Shown here: piece after piece, positions 1 through 10,925 of the stretch
How positions within the stretch are numbered: position 1 is the stretch's first letter
Layout: every line of letters starts with the position of its first letter
Assembly (NCBI GenBank): GCA_031273925.1
Contig: JAISQW010000005.1
Coordinates: forward strand, 124,920-188,919
Reading direction: 5' to 3'
From: Endomicrobium sp.
Lineage (GTDB): Bacteria > Elusimicrobiota > Endomicrobiia > Endomicrobiales > Endomicrobiaceae
DNA: 64,000 bases
Translations under genes and position numbers: made by a program
Notes under the pieces: model-generated
The model's input: only the letters and a program-made list of their open reading frames with translations
What the model was told of the DNA's origin: nothing
Databases searched by the model: none

Positions 1-306
1 GCTTCTGAAACAATACTTCCTGTCATTGGAATTCCTGTAAAATGTGATTCTTTTGGCTTAGATTCTTTTTTTTCGATGCTTCAAATGCCAAAAGGTATTC
101 CAAATGCAACTGTTTCTATAGGACGAACAGGTGCTATAAATGCAGCAATTTTGGCTGTACAAATTATAGCACTTAATGATGAAAATCTTAAAACTAAATT
201 AAAAAATTACAGAACAAAAATGATGGAAACAATAATTAATGAAAATTTAATACTTCAAAAAAAAGGTATAAAAAAATATATCGAAGGTCTTAAATATGTT
301 GATTGA
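1..306 (+). CDS. purE: N5-CAIR mutase PurE, 5' end outside window
   Basis: Frame 1 is open from base 1: ASETILPVIGIPV...SMLQMPKGIPNATVSIG...NAAILAVQI, the PurE C-terminal half. Confidence 0.93.
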   Translation, partial: ASETILPVIGIPVKCDSFGLDSFFSMLQMPKGIPNATVSIGRTGAINAAILAVQIIALNDENLKTKLKNYRTKMMETIINENLILQKKGIKKYIEGLKYVD

Positions 307-350
307 TAAATTGATAATTTCATTTAAAATAATTTAAAAAAAAAGAATAA

Positions 351-1301
351 ATGAACAGGGTGGTGTTTATTAATCGTAAAGATTTGCTTGGTTTGAGGTG
401 TATGTGTAAAAAAGATTTGCAGTTGATCTTAGATTCTGTAAAACCTTTTAAGAACATTTTTACTGGCTCTATTAAAAAGGTACCTTTGTTAATTGGGAAG
501 ACAGTTGCTACTCTTTTTTATGAACCTTCTACACGTACAAAAACATCTTTTGAAATCGCTGCTAAAAAATTATCTGCAGATGTTATTAATATTACTATAA
601 ATACTTCAAGCGTTATTAAAGGTGAAAGTCTTATAGATACTGGCAAAACACTTGAAGCAATGAAATCTGATTATATAATTATTAGACATTTTTTTGCTGG
701 AGCTCCAGATATTTTAGCACGAAATCTTAATGCTTCAGTAATAAATGCTGGCGATGGTTTTCATGAACATCCGACACAAGCTCTTTTAGATTTGTACACT
801 ATATACGAGAACAAAAAAAAAATAGAAAATTTAAAGGTGTTAATTGTGGGTGATATTTTACATTCTAGAGTTGCAAAATCAGATATATGGGCATTAACAA
901 AAATGGGAGCAAAAGTTGCAGTAGTTGGACCATCTACTTTAATTCCTGCAAATATAGAAGATTTTGGTGTAAAAGTATATTATGATCTAGATGAAGCTGT
1001 ATGTGGAGTTGATGTTGTTAATATTTTAAGAATACAGTTTGAGCGTCAACAAGAAAATTTTTTTCCATCAATACATGAATATATTAAATTTTATCAATTA
1101 ACGATGAAAAGACTTAAAATGGCTAAACCAGATGTATTGGTTATGCATCCAGGCCCTGTGAATAGAGGCATAGAGATATCTACAGAAGTTGCAGATAGTT
1201 CAAATACTTTAATAAATGATCAAGTTACAAATGGAATAGCTGTTAGAATGGCAATTCTGTATCTTTTAAAACATGAAAATAAAAAAGAATTTAATGTTTA
1301 G
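351..1301 (+). CDS. pyrB: Aspartate carbamoyltransferase catalytic subunit
   Basis: FYEPSTRT, HEHPTQALLD, HSRVA and MHPGPVNRG motifs. Confidence 0.97.
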   Translation: MNRVVFINRKDLLGLRCMCKKDLQLILDSVKPFKNIFTGSIKKVPLLIGKTVATLFYEPSTRTKTSFEIAAKKLSADVINITINTSSVIKGESLIDTGKTLEAMKSDYIIIRHFFAGAPDILARNLNASVINAGDGFHEHPTQALLDLYTIYENKKKIENLKVLIVGDILHSRVAKSDIWALTKMGAKVAVVGPSTLIPANIEDFGVKVYYDLDEAVCGVDVVNILRIQFERQQENFFPSIHEYIKFYQLTMKRLKMAKPDVLVMHPGPVNRGIEISTEVADSSNTLINDQVTNGIAVRMAILYLLKHENKKEFNV

Positions 1302-1381
1302 TTTTTAAATCTATTATGATATAGATTGTAATTTTTAATTAATAAAAATGTAAATATCGTATAAATTAAAGGCAAAATAAA

Positions 1382-2650
1382 ATGCGTATTAAAATTGAAA
1401 ATATTAGAATAATAGATCCACTAGAAAATAAAGATTTTATTGGAAATATTTTTATTGAAAATGGTAAAATAGTTCCTAAACTCACAAATAATGCTGATAA
1501 TGTTATTGAAGGTAAAGGTAAAATTGCTGTTCCCGGACTTATTGACATTCATTCTCATTTAAGAGAACCTGGATATGAAAATAGAGAAACTATTTATACT
1601 GGAACACGCGCTGCTGCGAAAGGTGGAATAACAACTGTTTTTTGTATGCCAAATACTAATCCAGTTATTGATAATGTTCCAACTGTAGAGTTCATTTTAT
1701 TCAAAGCAAAAAAAGAAGGCCTAGTGAATGTTTTTCCAGTTGGGTGTGCAACAAAAGGATCATATGGTTTAGAATTTTCAGAAATTGGAATTTTAAAAAA
1801 ATCAGGAATTGTTGCTGTAAGTGACGATGGATACCCTATATCTAATTCACAGATTATGCGTCGTATTTTGGAATATACTAAAATGTTTAATCTTCCAGTC
1901 ATTTCACATAGTGAAGATAAAGAGTTAAGTAAGAATGGTGTAATGAATGATGGTAAAAATTCTACAGCTTTAGGATTAAGAGGAATTCCAAAACAAGCTG
2001 AAGAAATTATTATAAGTCGTGATATAATGCTTGCTGAGCTTACAGGTGGTCATCTTCACGTTGCTCATGTTTCAACTGCTGGGTCTGTAGATTTAATAAA
2101 ACAGGCGAAAAAGAAAAAAATAAAAATTACAGCAGAAACGTGTCCACATTACTTTACTTTAACAGATGATATTGTGAAACTTGATGATACAAATACAAAA
2201 ATGTTCCCACCTTTACGAGAACAAAAGGATGTTGATGCTATAAAACAAGGGCTTGCAGATGGTACAATAGATTGCATTGCTACTGATCACGCTCCGTACA
2301 CATTAGAAGAAAAAAATCAAGAATTCGATTTAGCTCCTTTTGGAATTATAGGTTTTGAAACTATTTTAAGTCTTATTTTAAATGAACTTGTTGATAAACA
2401 AATTTTAAGTCTTTCTGATGCTATAGCTAAAATGACATCTAATCCATCGAGAATTTTTAAACTTCTAAAAAGAGGATCATTGAAGAATGGAAATATTGCG
2501 GATATTACAATAATAGATCCAGAATATCATTATGAATTTAAAAAGGAAGATATAATTTCAAATGGTAAAAATTCACCTTTCATAGGTAGAAAATTTAAAG
2601 GTGGAGTGGTAATGACAATAGTGTCTGGATTTATAGTTTGGCATATATAA
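1382..2650 (+). CDS. pyrC: Dihydroorotase (long, class I type)
   Basis: PGLIDIHSHLREPG, MPNT, ETCPHY and TDHAP motifs; follows pyrB. Confidence 0.93.
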   Translation: MRIKIENIRIIDPLENKDFIGNIFIENGKIVPKLTNNADNVIEGKGKIAVPGLIDIHSHLREPGYENRETIYTGTRAAAKGGITTVFCMPNTNPVIDNVPTVEFILFKAKKEGLVNVFPVGCATKGSYGLEFSEIGILKKSGIVAVSDDGYPISNSQIMRRILEYTKMFNLPVISHSEDKELSKNGVMNDGKNSTALGLRGIPKQAEEIIISRDIMLAELTGGHLHVAHVSTAGSVDLIKQAKKKKIKITAETCPHYFTLTDDIVKLDDTNTKMFPPLREQKDVDAIKQGLADGTIDCIATDHAPYTLEEKNQEFDLAPFGIIGFETILSLILNELVDKQILSLSDAIAKMTSNPSRIFKLLKRGSLKNGNIADITIIDPEYHYEFKKEDIISNGKNSPFIGRKFKGGVVMTIVSGFIVWHI

Positions 2651-2707
2651 GATTTAATTCTACGATTTTAAAAATAGGATATTATTTTGTTTAATAAATG
2701 TATAATA

Positions 2708-3475
2708 ATGTATAGAAGATTAGATAAAAGTTATAAAGTAATTTGTAATAAAAAAATTAGTACTAATTATTTTAAATTAAGTGTTAAAATAGATGAGTCT
2801 ATTTATAAAGATTGTTTACCTGGTCGTTTTTTTATGATTAATATTCCAGGAGTTTTTTTACGTCGTCCAATGAGTATTTATCATGTAAAAAATAATGTTT
2901 TAAGTTTTTTATACAAAGTTGTTGGTAAAGGAACAAAACTTTTATCTAATATTAAAGAGAAAACATTATTAAATCTTCTTGGTCCACTAGGGAATGGATA
3001 TAATCTAAAAATTTACAAAAAATTTAATCATGTTCTTATTGCAGGTGGAACCGGAATAGCTTCAATTTCTTTTCTCATAACTAAACTTAAGAAAGGAATT
3101 TTATATTATGGTGCACGTTCAAAAAAAGATTTATTATTTTTAGATAAATTCAAAAAAAATTGGGAAGTAATAATTTCTACTGATGATGGATCAAAGGGAT
3201 ATAAGGGACATATTACTGATTTGTTATCAAAAAGAATAAAAACAGAAGATGTTTTATATGCCTGTGGGCCCAATCTAATGTTAGAAAATATTTTATATAT
3301 TGCAAGAGAAAAAAAAATTAAAGGTTTTATATCTCTCGAAGAAAGAATGGCGTGTGGATTTGGTAACTGTCAAGGTTGTGCCATAATGGTGAACAATGAA
3401 ATTAAAATGGTATGTAAAGATGGTCCAATTTTTGACATCAAAGAATTGTATTTAAACTACAATAACAGTATTTAA
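2708..3475 (+). CDS. pyrK: Dihydroorotate dehydrogenase electron-transfer subunit
   Basis: RRPMS, GPLGNG, AGGTG and MACGFGNCQGC...VCKDGP 2Fe-2S motif; start chosen at ATG 2708. Confidence 0.92.
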   Translation: MYRRLDKSYKVICNKKISTNYFKLSVKIDESIYKDCLPGRFFMINIPGVFLRRPMSIYHVKNNVLSFLYKVVGKGTKLLSNIKEKTLLNLLGPLGNGYNLKIYKKFNHVLIAGGTGIASISFLITKLKKGILYYGARSKKDLLFLDKFKKNWEVIISTDDGSKGYKGHITDLLSKRIKTEDVLYACGPNLMLENILYIAREKKIKGFISLEERMACGFGNCQGCAIMVNNEIKMVCKDGPIFDIKELYLNYNNSI

Positions 3476-3521
3476 ATGATAATATTTTAAAAAAATAAAA
3501 AGTTTATTATAATTATTTAAT

Positions 3522-4436
3522 ATGATAAAACCTGATTTAAGTATTGATTTTGTTGGTATTAAATTGAAAAATCCGATACTTACAGCATCTGGCACATTTG
3601 GTTATGGTTATGAAGTTGCAGATTTAATACCTTTGATAAAACTTGGTGGTATTATAACGAAGACAATAACTTTAGATCCTCATTGTGGAAATCAACAACC
3701 CAGAACTTCTGAAGTATTATGTGGATTACTTAATTCTATAGGTTTACAAAATATTGGTATTAGAGCTTTTGTTCGTGAACCACTTAAAAAATTAAGTAAA
3801 ATAGGTGTACCAATTATAATTAGTATTTCTGGATCGGTAGTAAAAGAATATGTTGAACTAGCGAAAATATTAAGAGATGAACAAAATATAATATCAGCTA
3901 TAGAGCTTAATTTATCTTGTCCAAATTTAAAAAAAATGATATGTAAAGATTTATTTTTAGTACAAGACGTGATAGAAAGTGTTAAAATATTATCTAAAGT
4001 TCCTGTTATTGCAAAACTCTCACCTGTCACTGATATCATTGAACTCGCATTATTTGTACAAAATGCGGGAGCAGATGCTATAACTCTTGCTAATACGTAT
4101 CCTGCGATGGCAATTGATATTAATAGTTTTAAATTTAAAAACCCTAAAATTCTTCTAGGTGGTGTATCTGGACCTTGTATAAAACCAATGGCCATACGTT
4201 GCGTATATGATACGTATAAAAATATAAAAATACCTATTATAGGATGTGGAGGTATAATGAATGGGAAAGATGTTGTAGAATTTATGTTTGCAGGTGCAAC
4301 TATTGTTAGTGTTGGTACTGCAAGTTTAATTTCTCCAAAAAATTTAATAAAAATTCTTGAAGAATTTGAAAGTATTTTAACAAATAAAAATATAGAATCA
4401 GTAAAAGAAATAGTAGGAATTTGTAGTACAATATGA
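3522..4436 (+). CDS. pyrD: Dihydroorotate dehydrogenase class 1B catalytic subunit
   Basis: ASGTFG, NSIGLQN, NLSCPN and GGVSG motifs; follows pyrK. Confidence 0.95.
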   Translation: MIKPDLSIDFVGIKLKNPILTASGTFGYGYEVADLIPLIKLGGIITKTITLDPHCGNQQPRTSEVLCGLLNSIGLQNIGIRAFVREPLKKLSKIGVPIIISISGSVVKEYVELAKILRDEQNIISAIELNLSCPNLKKMICKDLFLVQDVIESVKILSKVPVIAKLSPVTDIIELALFVQNAGADAITLANTYPAMAIDINSFKFKNPKILLGGVSGPCIKPMAIRCVYDTYKNIKIPIIGCGGIMNGKDVVEFMFAGATIVSVGTASLISPKNLIKILEEFESILTNKNIESVKEIVGICSTI

Positions 4437-5095
4437 AAAAAATAATATTAGCTTTGGATGTGCTAAATATAAAAAAAGCTGAGAGACTTATAAATGAAAC
4501 TAGTATTTTTATAGATATTTATAAAGTAGGTCCTATATTATTTTTACGCTCAGGTAAAGAAATAATAAAAATATTAAAAAAAAATAAGAAAAAAATATTT
4601 TTAGATTTAAAATTTTATGATATTCCAAATACTGTAAAATATGCTGTTGAATCTGCCAAAAAACTTGGTATATTCAGTTTAACTGTTCATTCAATAGGTG
4701 GATTAGAAATGCTTAAAGCTGCTGTATCGGTAAAAAATGGACCAAAAATTTGGGCAGTAACTGTTTTAACAAGTCAAATTGTTTCACAGGAAGAAATTGT
4801 TAAAAGAGCCAGACTTGCAAAACTTTGTGGAGTTGATGGAGTTATATCATCACCACAAGAAATAATATTAATCAAAAAAGAATGTGGTAAAAATTTTAAC
4901 ATTATTACTCCTGGAATTAGAAATATAAAAACTAATGATGACCAAAAGAGAACGGCGACTCCTGAATTTGCAATAAAATATGGCGCAAGTTTTATAATTA
5001 TTGGAAGACCTATAATAAAAGCTAAAAATCCATATAAAATTACTAAAGATATTTATAATAAAATTAAAACTTCTTGTCGTAAAAATGTTATCTGA
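4433..5095 (+). CDS. pyrF: Orotidine-5'-phosphate decarboxylase
   Basis: LALD, FLDLKFYDIPNT, TPGIR, DQKR and IGRPI motifs; ATGA overlap with pyrD. Confidence 0.95.
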   Translation: MKKIILALDVLNIKKAERLINETSIFIDIYKVGPILFLRSGKEIIKILKKNKKKIFLDLKFYDIPNTVKYAVESAKKLGIFSLTVHSIGGLEMLKAAVSVKNGPKIWAVTVLTSQIVSQEEIVKRARLAKLCGVDGVISSPQEIILIKKECGKNFNIITPGIRNIKTNDDQKRTATPEFAIKYGASFIIIGRPIIKAKNPYKITKDIYNKIKTSCRKNVI

Positions 5096-5177
5096 AGTTT
5101 TTTCTAAATACTAAAAACATTATTATTGCATTACAGTAAATTATTATGACATTAAAGTATAGAAAATAGAGGATATA

Positions 5178-5759
5178 ATGATCGAAAGAAAGGAAGTGAT
5201 AAAGATATTTAAAAAAAACAATGCACTTTTAAATGGACATTTTAGGCTTTCAAGTGGGTTTCATTCAGATACATATTTTCAATCAGCTTTAATTTTACAA
5301 TATCCAAAAAAAGCTTACAAACTTATTAAAAATATCGTAAAACAAATAAAACAACACAATATAAAAATTAATTGTGTAATTGCACCTGCGATTGGTGGTA
5401 TTATTGTAGGATATGAAATAGGGAGAATTCTAAATGTAAGATCAATGTTTACTGAAAGAGTCAATGGTAAAGTGTGCTTAAAAAGAAATTTTTTAATAAA
5501 TAAAAAAGAAAGAATTCTTATTAGTGAAGATGTTATAACAACAGGACTTTCAATAAAAGAAGTTATGACTGTTATAAAATCTTATGATGCAAAAGTTGTT
5601 GCAATTGCGGCACTTGTTGATAGGAGTACGAAAAAAATTAATTTTGGTGTACCAAAATTTTCTTTGTTAAATCTAAAAATAAAAAATTACGAAGAAAAAA
5701 AATGTCCTATGTGTAAAAAAGGTAGTATTGCAATACAGCCTGGCAGTAGAAATCAATAA
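5178..5759 (+). CDS. pyrE: Orotate phosphoribosyltransferase
   Basis: GHFRLSSG and PRPP motif EDVITTG. Confidence 0.95.
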   Translation: MIERKEVIKIFKKNNALLNGHFRLSSGFHSDTYFQSALILQYPKKAYKLIKNIVKQIKQHNIKINCVIAPAIGGIIVGYEIGRILNVRSMFTERVNGKVCLKRNFLINKKERILISEDVITTGLSIKEVMTVIKSYDAKVVAIAALVDRSTKKINFGVPKFSLLNLKIKNYEEKKCPMCKKGSIAIQPGSRNQ

Positions 5760-6021
5760 ATATTGTTTGTATATATTTTATACGTATTTGTTTTATAGTT
5801 TTTTTTAACAAAAATTCACTATCGTAAATTATCACAATAAGTTTTAAATTCTTTTTAAAAGTACATGATTTTTTTACTTTAATATGATTTTCATTTATAG
5901 AATTGTATTTTATTCATTACCATATTTCTAAACTATTAAATATTATAATAGTTTTTTAAGCGAATAATTTAAAATAAATTAATATAATACTAATATAATA
6001 CCAAATGGAGTAAAAGAATAT

Positions 6022-6984
6022 ATGGTTTTTACATATGAAAAATCTGGTGTCAATATAAATAATGGGAATAAATTGATAAAAAAACTTAAAAAAAAACTTC
6101 CAATTCTAGGAGATTTTGGAGGTTTATTTAAGATGTTTAATAGTAAATATAATTTAGTAGGATCAACTGATGGAGTAGGAACAAAACTAAAGATAGCTTT
6201 TCTTTTAAACAAACACGATACTGTAGGTATAGATCTTGTGGCTATGAACGTAAATGATTTAATATGTTTAGGTGCAAAACCTTTGTTTTTTTTGGATTAT
6301 TACGCGTGCAGTAAACTTAATATAAATCAGGCAGAGAAAGTAGTTGAAGGTATAATTGAGGGATGTAAATTATCAGGTTCACAACTTATTGGAGGAGAAA
6401 CTGCTGAAATGCCAGGGTTTTATAAAAATGGTGAGTATGATTTAGTAGGATTCTCAGTAGGTATGGTCAAAAAAGGCAAAGAGATTGATGGAACTAAAAT
6501 AAAACCTGGTGACGTAATAATAGGTTTGACATCAAGTGGTCCTCATTCAAATGGATATTCTCTTATAAGAAACATTTTTTCAGATATTGAATTAAAAGAA
6601 TATTCACAGCAATTACTTATGCCTACAAAAATTTATGTTAAAGAAGTACTTATGGCTATTATAAAGTTTAACACCAGAAAAGCAAATATAGTTGGTATTG
6701 CTCACATTACAGGCGGAAGTTTTTATAATAAAATACCAAGAATTTTACCAAATCATGTCAGAGCTGTTATTAAAAAAAACTCATGGGAAATTCCTAAAAT
6801 TTTTAAAATTATTCAAAAAAAAGGCAATGTGTCAGATGATGAAATTTATAGAACATTCAATATGGGCATAGGTATGGTTTTAATTGTACGTAATAATGTT
6901 GCTTTCCAGATAAACAGATTTTTAAGTGGTTCAAAGATAATAGGCTATATTAAAAGTGGTAAAAGAGGAATAGAATTTATATGA
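6022..6984 (+). CDS. purM: AIR synthetase
   Basis: YEKSGV, TDGVGTK, GGETAEMPG, SSGPHSNGYS and TFNMGIG motifs. Confidence 0.97.
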   Translation: MVFTYEKSGVNINNGNKLIKKLKKKLPILGDFGGLFKMFNSKYNLVGSTDGVGTKLKIAFLLNKHDTVGIDLVAMNVNDLICLGAKPLFFLDYYACSKLNINQAEKVVEGIIEGCKLSGSQLIGGETAEMPGFYKNGEYDLVGFSVGMVKKGKEIDGTKIKPGDVIIGLTSSGPHSNGYSLIRNIFSDIELKEYSQQLLMPTKIYVKEVLMAIIKFNTRKANIVGIAHITGGSFYNKIPRILPNHVRAVIKKNSWEIPKIFKIIQKKGNVSDDEIYRTFNMGIGMVLIVRNNVAFQINRFLSGSKIIGYIKSGKRGIEFI

Positions 6985-7571
6985 AAAATTTAGCAATTTT
7001 AGTATCAGGTAATGGATCTAATATGAAATCCATAATAAATTCTACAAAATATGGAATATTAAAAGGATTTGCTAAAGTTGTTTTAGTTATTTCAAATAAT
7101 CCAAGTGCTTACGCTCTTGAAAGAATCAAAACAGAGCAAATAAAATCCGTTTGTATCGAAATAAAAAACTTTAAAAATGAAAACGAATTTAATGATAAAA
7201 TATTAAATGAATTAAAAAGTATGGAAATTGATATTGTTTGCCTCGCGGGTTATTTAAAAAAGATTAATAAAAAAATAATAATAACTTATAAAGGTAAAAT
7301 ATTGAACGTACATCCTGCTCTTTTGCCAAAATTTGGTGGGAAAGGAATGTACGGCAATCGCGTACATAAAGCTGTTATAATGTCTAATGCAAAAAAATCT
7401 GGAGCAACAGTACATTTAGTTGAAGGTGATTACGATATCGGAAAAATAATTTTGCAAAAAGAAATTAAAATATTAAAAACTGATACTTATCAAAATGTTG
7501 CAAAAAAAGTTTTATCTATAGAACATCATATATATCCAAAGGCAATTAAAAAAATAATACATAAACTTTGA
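6981..7571 (+). CDS. purN: GAR transformylase
   Basis: SGNGSN, LAGY, NVHPALLP and GATVH motifs. Confidence 0.96.
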   Translation: MKNLAILVSGNGSNMKSIINSTKYGILKGFAKVVLVISNNPSAYALERIKTEQIKSVCIEIKNFKNENEFNDKILNELKSMEIDIVCLAGYLKKINKKIIITYKGKILNVHPALLPKFGGKGMYGNRVHKAVIMSNAKKSGATVHLVEGDYDIGKIILQKEIKILKTDTYQNVAKKVLSIEHHIYPKAIKKIIHKL

Positions 7572-7615
7572 TAAAGATACATAATATTAATAAACAATTA
7601 TAGGAGACAAAAAAA

Positions 7616-8911
7616 ATGATATCGCGCTACACAATGCCTGAAATGGAAATAATTTGGTCAGATAAAACAAAATTTAAAAAGATGTTGGAAATTGAAATTT
7701 ATGCTGCAGAAGCTATGTCAAAATTAGGAATTATTCCAAAAAAAACTATAGAAGAAATTAAAAAAAAAGCAAAGATTAATATGGATAGAATAAATAAATT
7801 GGATATTACTATAAAACATGATGTGATATCTTTTTTAACTGCAGTTACTGAAACTATTGGACACGATGGTAGATTTTTACATTTAGGTATGACTTCTTCT
7901 GATGTTTTAGATACTACTATAGGAATTCAGTTAAAGCAATCAGTTAAACTTCTTATTACTGAAACAAAAAAAATAGCAACTATACTGTCAAAATTAGCAA
8001 AAAAATATAAGATGATTCCAATTATTGGAAGAACTCATGGTATTCATGCAGAACCAATTACTTTTGGATTAAAAATAGCATCATGGTATTGTGAAGTCAT
8101 ACGGTCATTAGATAGACTTAATTTCACTCTTGACACCATAAGTTATGGAAAAATTGCTGGAGCAGTTGGAACTATGGCCCATTTAAATCCATATATTGAA
8201 AAATATGTATGTCAAAAAATGGGGTTAAAACCTGAACCTATTTCAACACAAATTATTCCACGTGATAGACATTCAATATATTTTTCAATAGTTGCTCATG
8301 TAGGAACCAGTCTAGAAAGGATTGCTATAGAAATTAGACATTTGCAGAGAACTGAGATCGCTGAAGTTGAAGAGCCTTTCACAGATGGACAAAAAGGATC
8401 ATCCGCGATGCCACACAAAAGAAATCCAATAATTTCTGAGAGTATATGTGGACTTGCAAGAGTTCTTAGAGGATATGCAATAACTGCAATGGAAAATATT
8501 ACTTTATGGCACGAACGTGATATAAGTCATTCATCTGCGGAAAGGATTCTTTTGCCTGATGCTTCTATAATTTTACATTATATACTTGTTAAAATGCGTA
8601 ATTTGTTAATAGGTCTTAATGTTTATCCTGAAAATATGCAAAATAATTTAAATAAAACAAAGGATCTTATTTTTTCAGGAACGTTGTTATTTTCTCTTAT
8701 TGTTAAAGGTATGTCTAGAGAATCTGCATATACAATGATTCAAAAAGCAGCTTTTAATGCTAAAAATGCTAAAATATCTTTAAAAGAATCTTGCTTGAAA
8801 AATTCTGAAATAAAAAAATATTTAACTGTAAATGAAATAGAGAATAACTGTAATGTAGAAAATCAATTTAAAAACATAGATTTTATTTTTAAGCGTATAT
8901 TTAATGATTGA
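7616..8911 (+). CDS. purB: Adenylosuccinate lyase
   Basis: MISRY, GRTHGIHAEP and GSSAMPHKRNP signature. Confidence 0.97.
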   Translation: MISRYTMPEMEIIWSDKTKFKKMLEIEIYAAEAMSKLGIIPKKTIEEIKKKAKINMDRINKLDITIKHDVISFLTAVTETIGHDGRFLHLGMTSSDVLDTTIGIQLKQSVKLLITETKKIATILSKLAKKYKMIPIIGRTHGIHAEPITFGLKIASWYCEVIRSLDRLNFTLDTISYGKIAGAVGTMAHLNPYIEKYVCQKMGLKPEPISTQIIPRDRHSIYFSIVAHVGTSLERIAIEIRHLQRTEIAEVEEPFTDGQKGSSAMPHKRNPIISESICGLARVLRGYAITAMENITLWHERDISHSSAERILLPDASIILHYILVKMRNLLIGLNVYPENMQNNLNKTKDLIFSGTLLFSLIVKGMSRESAYTMIQKAAFNAKNAKISLKESCLKNSEIKKYLTVNEIENNCNVENQFKNIDFIFKRIFND

Positions 8912-8936
8912 CATTCTACCATCTATTTTGTAGCCT
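8908..8936 (+). promoter_or_regulatory. Putative sigma70 promoter for tRNA-Val/def
   Basis: TTGACA (8908-8913, overlapping the purB TGA stop), 17-nt spacer, TAGCCT. Confidence 0.45.
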
Positions 8937-8975
8937 TTAACTTATTACCATAGTTCGTAAAAACATAAAAAAAAT

Positions 8976-9048
8976 GGGTAGTTAGCTCAGTTGGCAGAGC
9001 ATTTCTTTTACAAGGAAAAGGTCGTAGGTTCAAATCCTACACTGCCCA
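8976..9048 (+). tRNA. tRNA-Val(TAC)
   Basis: Acceptor GGGTAGT/ACTGCCC, anticodon arm TTTCT-TTTACAA-GGAAA, T-loop GGTTCAAATCC; no encoded CCA. Confidence 0.95.
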
Positions 9049-9100
9049 TTTTTTTGTATAAGTTAATATGAATAAATTTTAAAATTATTCGTGAATAAAA

Positions 9101-9607
9101 ATGAAATTAAAAATAATAAAATATGGGAATCCTATTCTAAGAAAAAAATCTGAAATAATTTATGAAATTAGCGATTATTTAAGAAAACTTTCTTATGATA
9201 TGCTTGAAACTATGTACGCTATGTCAGGTATAGGACTTGCAGCACCTCAGGTTGGTATTTTATTGAGGATTTGTGTTATTGATATATCTTTAGAACATAA
9301 ATCCTCAATTATTATGCTAAATCCAAAAATTATTTTAGTAGATAATAATAAAATATATGAAAAAGAAGGATGTTTATCTTTACCAGGTTTTTATGAATCT
9401 ATAAAACGTTTTAAAAAAATAAGTGTTGATTATATTGATCTGGATGGACGCAATAAAAAAATTGAAGTTACAGGATTAATTGCAAAAGTTATGCAACATG
9501 AAATTGATCATTTAGATGCAAAAATTTTTGTGGATTATTTACCTAATTGGAAAAGAAAAATTATTATAAAAAAAATAAAGAGAAAAATAAAGATAGGCAA
9601 GTGGTAA
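9101..9607 (+). CDS. def: Peptide deformylase
   Basis: GIGLAAPQVG, EGCLS and QHEIDHL motifs. Confidence 0.97.
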   Translation: MKLKIIKYGNPILRKKSEIIYEISDYLRKLSYDMLETMYAMSGIGLAAPQVGILLRICVIDISLEHKSSIIMLNPKIILVDNNKIYEKEGCLSLPGFYESIKRFKKISVDYIDLDGRNKKIEVTGLIAKVMQHEIDHLDAKIFVDYLPNWKRKIIIKKIKRKIKIGKW

Positions 9608-10551
9608 AAATATTATTTTTTGGATCAAATTTTGTTTCTAAAATTTATCTTGAAAATTTACATAAAAATAATTATAAAATTTTTGTTGTAACGACGCCTG
9701 ATGCTCCATCTTTTAAAAGACAACATAAATTTTTACACCCAGTAAAAATTTATGCTAAAAAAAACAATATTGATTTTATACAAATAAAAAATTTTGATCA
9801 AGATATTATAAACATAATAAAAAAAATAGATTTTGATATTGGTATTGTTGTGTCTTATGGAAAACTTATACCAAAAAGTGTTTTTAACTTACCTAAAAAT
9901 GGTACGTTTAATATACATTTTTCACTTTTACCTAAATATAGAGGAGCAAGTCCTGTTCAGTATGCCCTTATTAATGGAGATATTGAGACAGGCGTAACGT
10001 CTTTATATGTTGACGATGGTTTAGATACTGGTGATATATTACTACAAGAAAAACTTAAAATTTACAAAAATGACAATGCTGAAATTCTATTTAACAAGTT
10101 AATACCTTTGGGCATTAAAATTATGAATAAAACTATTAATTTATTTCAAAAAAAAAATGTAAATATTAAATCTCAAACTGGTAAAATTAGTTTTGCTCCA
10201 ATTTTAAAAAAAAATACAGGTTTAATTAATTGGAGCAGAAATGCTAACGATATATATAATCAATTTAGAGGATTATATATTTGGCCTGGTATTTATTCAA
10301 TAATTTCTTATGGAAAACTTGTTGGTAAAAGAATAAAATTTATAAACATAGAAATATTTGAAAATAAATCTTTAAATCGAGATTTTGGGAGAGTATTTTC
10401 TATAGAAAAAAATAAAGGATTTACTGTATTATGTTCTAGAGGTAAGATTTTAGTTTTAGAAGTTCAACTCGAAGGAAAATTAATTATGTCTGCTTGGCTT
10501 TTTATTCAATCAAAATTGCTATTAGTAGGAGATGTTTTTAGAAGTAAATAA
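9601..10551 (+). CDS. fmt: Methionyl-tRNA formyltransferase
   Basis: VSYG, NIHFSLLPKYRGASP and LDTGD motifs; GTG start at 9601 overlapping def. Confidence 0.95.
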   Translation: MVKILFFGSNFVSKIYLENLHKNNYKIFVVTTPDAPSFKRQHKFLHPVKIYAKKNNIDFIQIKNFDQDIINIIKKIDFDIGIVVSYGKLIPKSVFNLPKNGTFNIHFSLLPKYRGASPVQYALINGDIETGVTSLYVDDGLDTGDILLQEKLKIYKNDNAEILFNKLIPLGIKIMNKTINLFQKKNVNIKSQTGKISFAPILKKNTGLINWSRNANDIYNQFRGLYIWPGIYSIISYGKLVGKRIKFINIEIFENKSLNRDFGRVFSIEKNKGFTVLCSRGKILVLEVQLEGKLIMSAWLFIQSKLLLVGDVFRSK

Positions 10552-10591
10552 TTAAAGTTTTTGAAAAATATTTAAAATAAGGAGTTTTTAT

Positions 10592-10912
10592 ATGGTTATT
10601 GAAATTTGTGAAAGTAATTTTCAGAAAGAAGTATTATTGTCTAGTAAACTTGTGTTAGTTGATTTTTGGGCACCATGGTGTGGTCCTTGTAAAATGCTTA
10701 TTCCAATTATTGAAAAACTTTCAACTGAATACGAGGAAAATGTTAAAATTTGTAAAATTAATACTGATGAAAATGTATCTTTATCTGCTAGATTTCAAAT
10801 TACTTCAATACCATGCTTATTTTTTTTTAAAAATGGAGAAATTTTAGAAAAAATATTTGGTTTTAGATCTGAAAATGATATAAAAAAACTTATTAGTGTA
10901 TTTTTATTGTAG
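10592..10912 (+). CDS. trxA: Thioredoxin
   Basis: DFWAPWCGPCK active site; AGGAG RBS. Confidence 0.97.
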   Translation: MVIEICESNFQKEVLLSSKLVLVDFWAPWCGPCKMLIPIIEKLSTEYEENVKICKINTDENVSLSARFQITSIPCLFFFKNGEILEKIFGFRSENDIKKLISVFLL

Positions 10913-10925
10913 GGGTAATATATTA

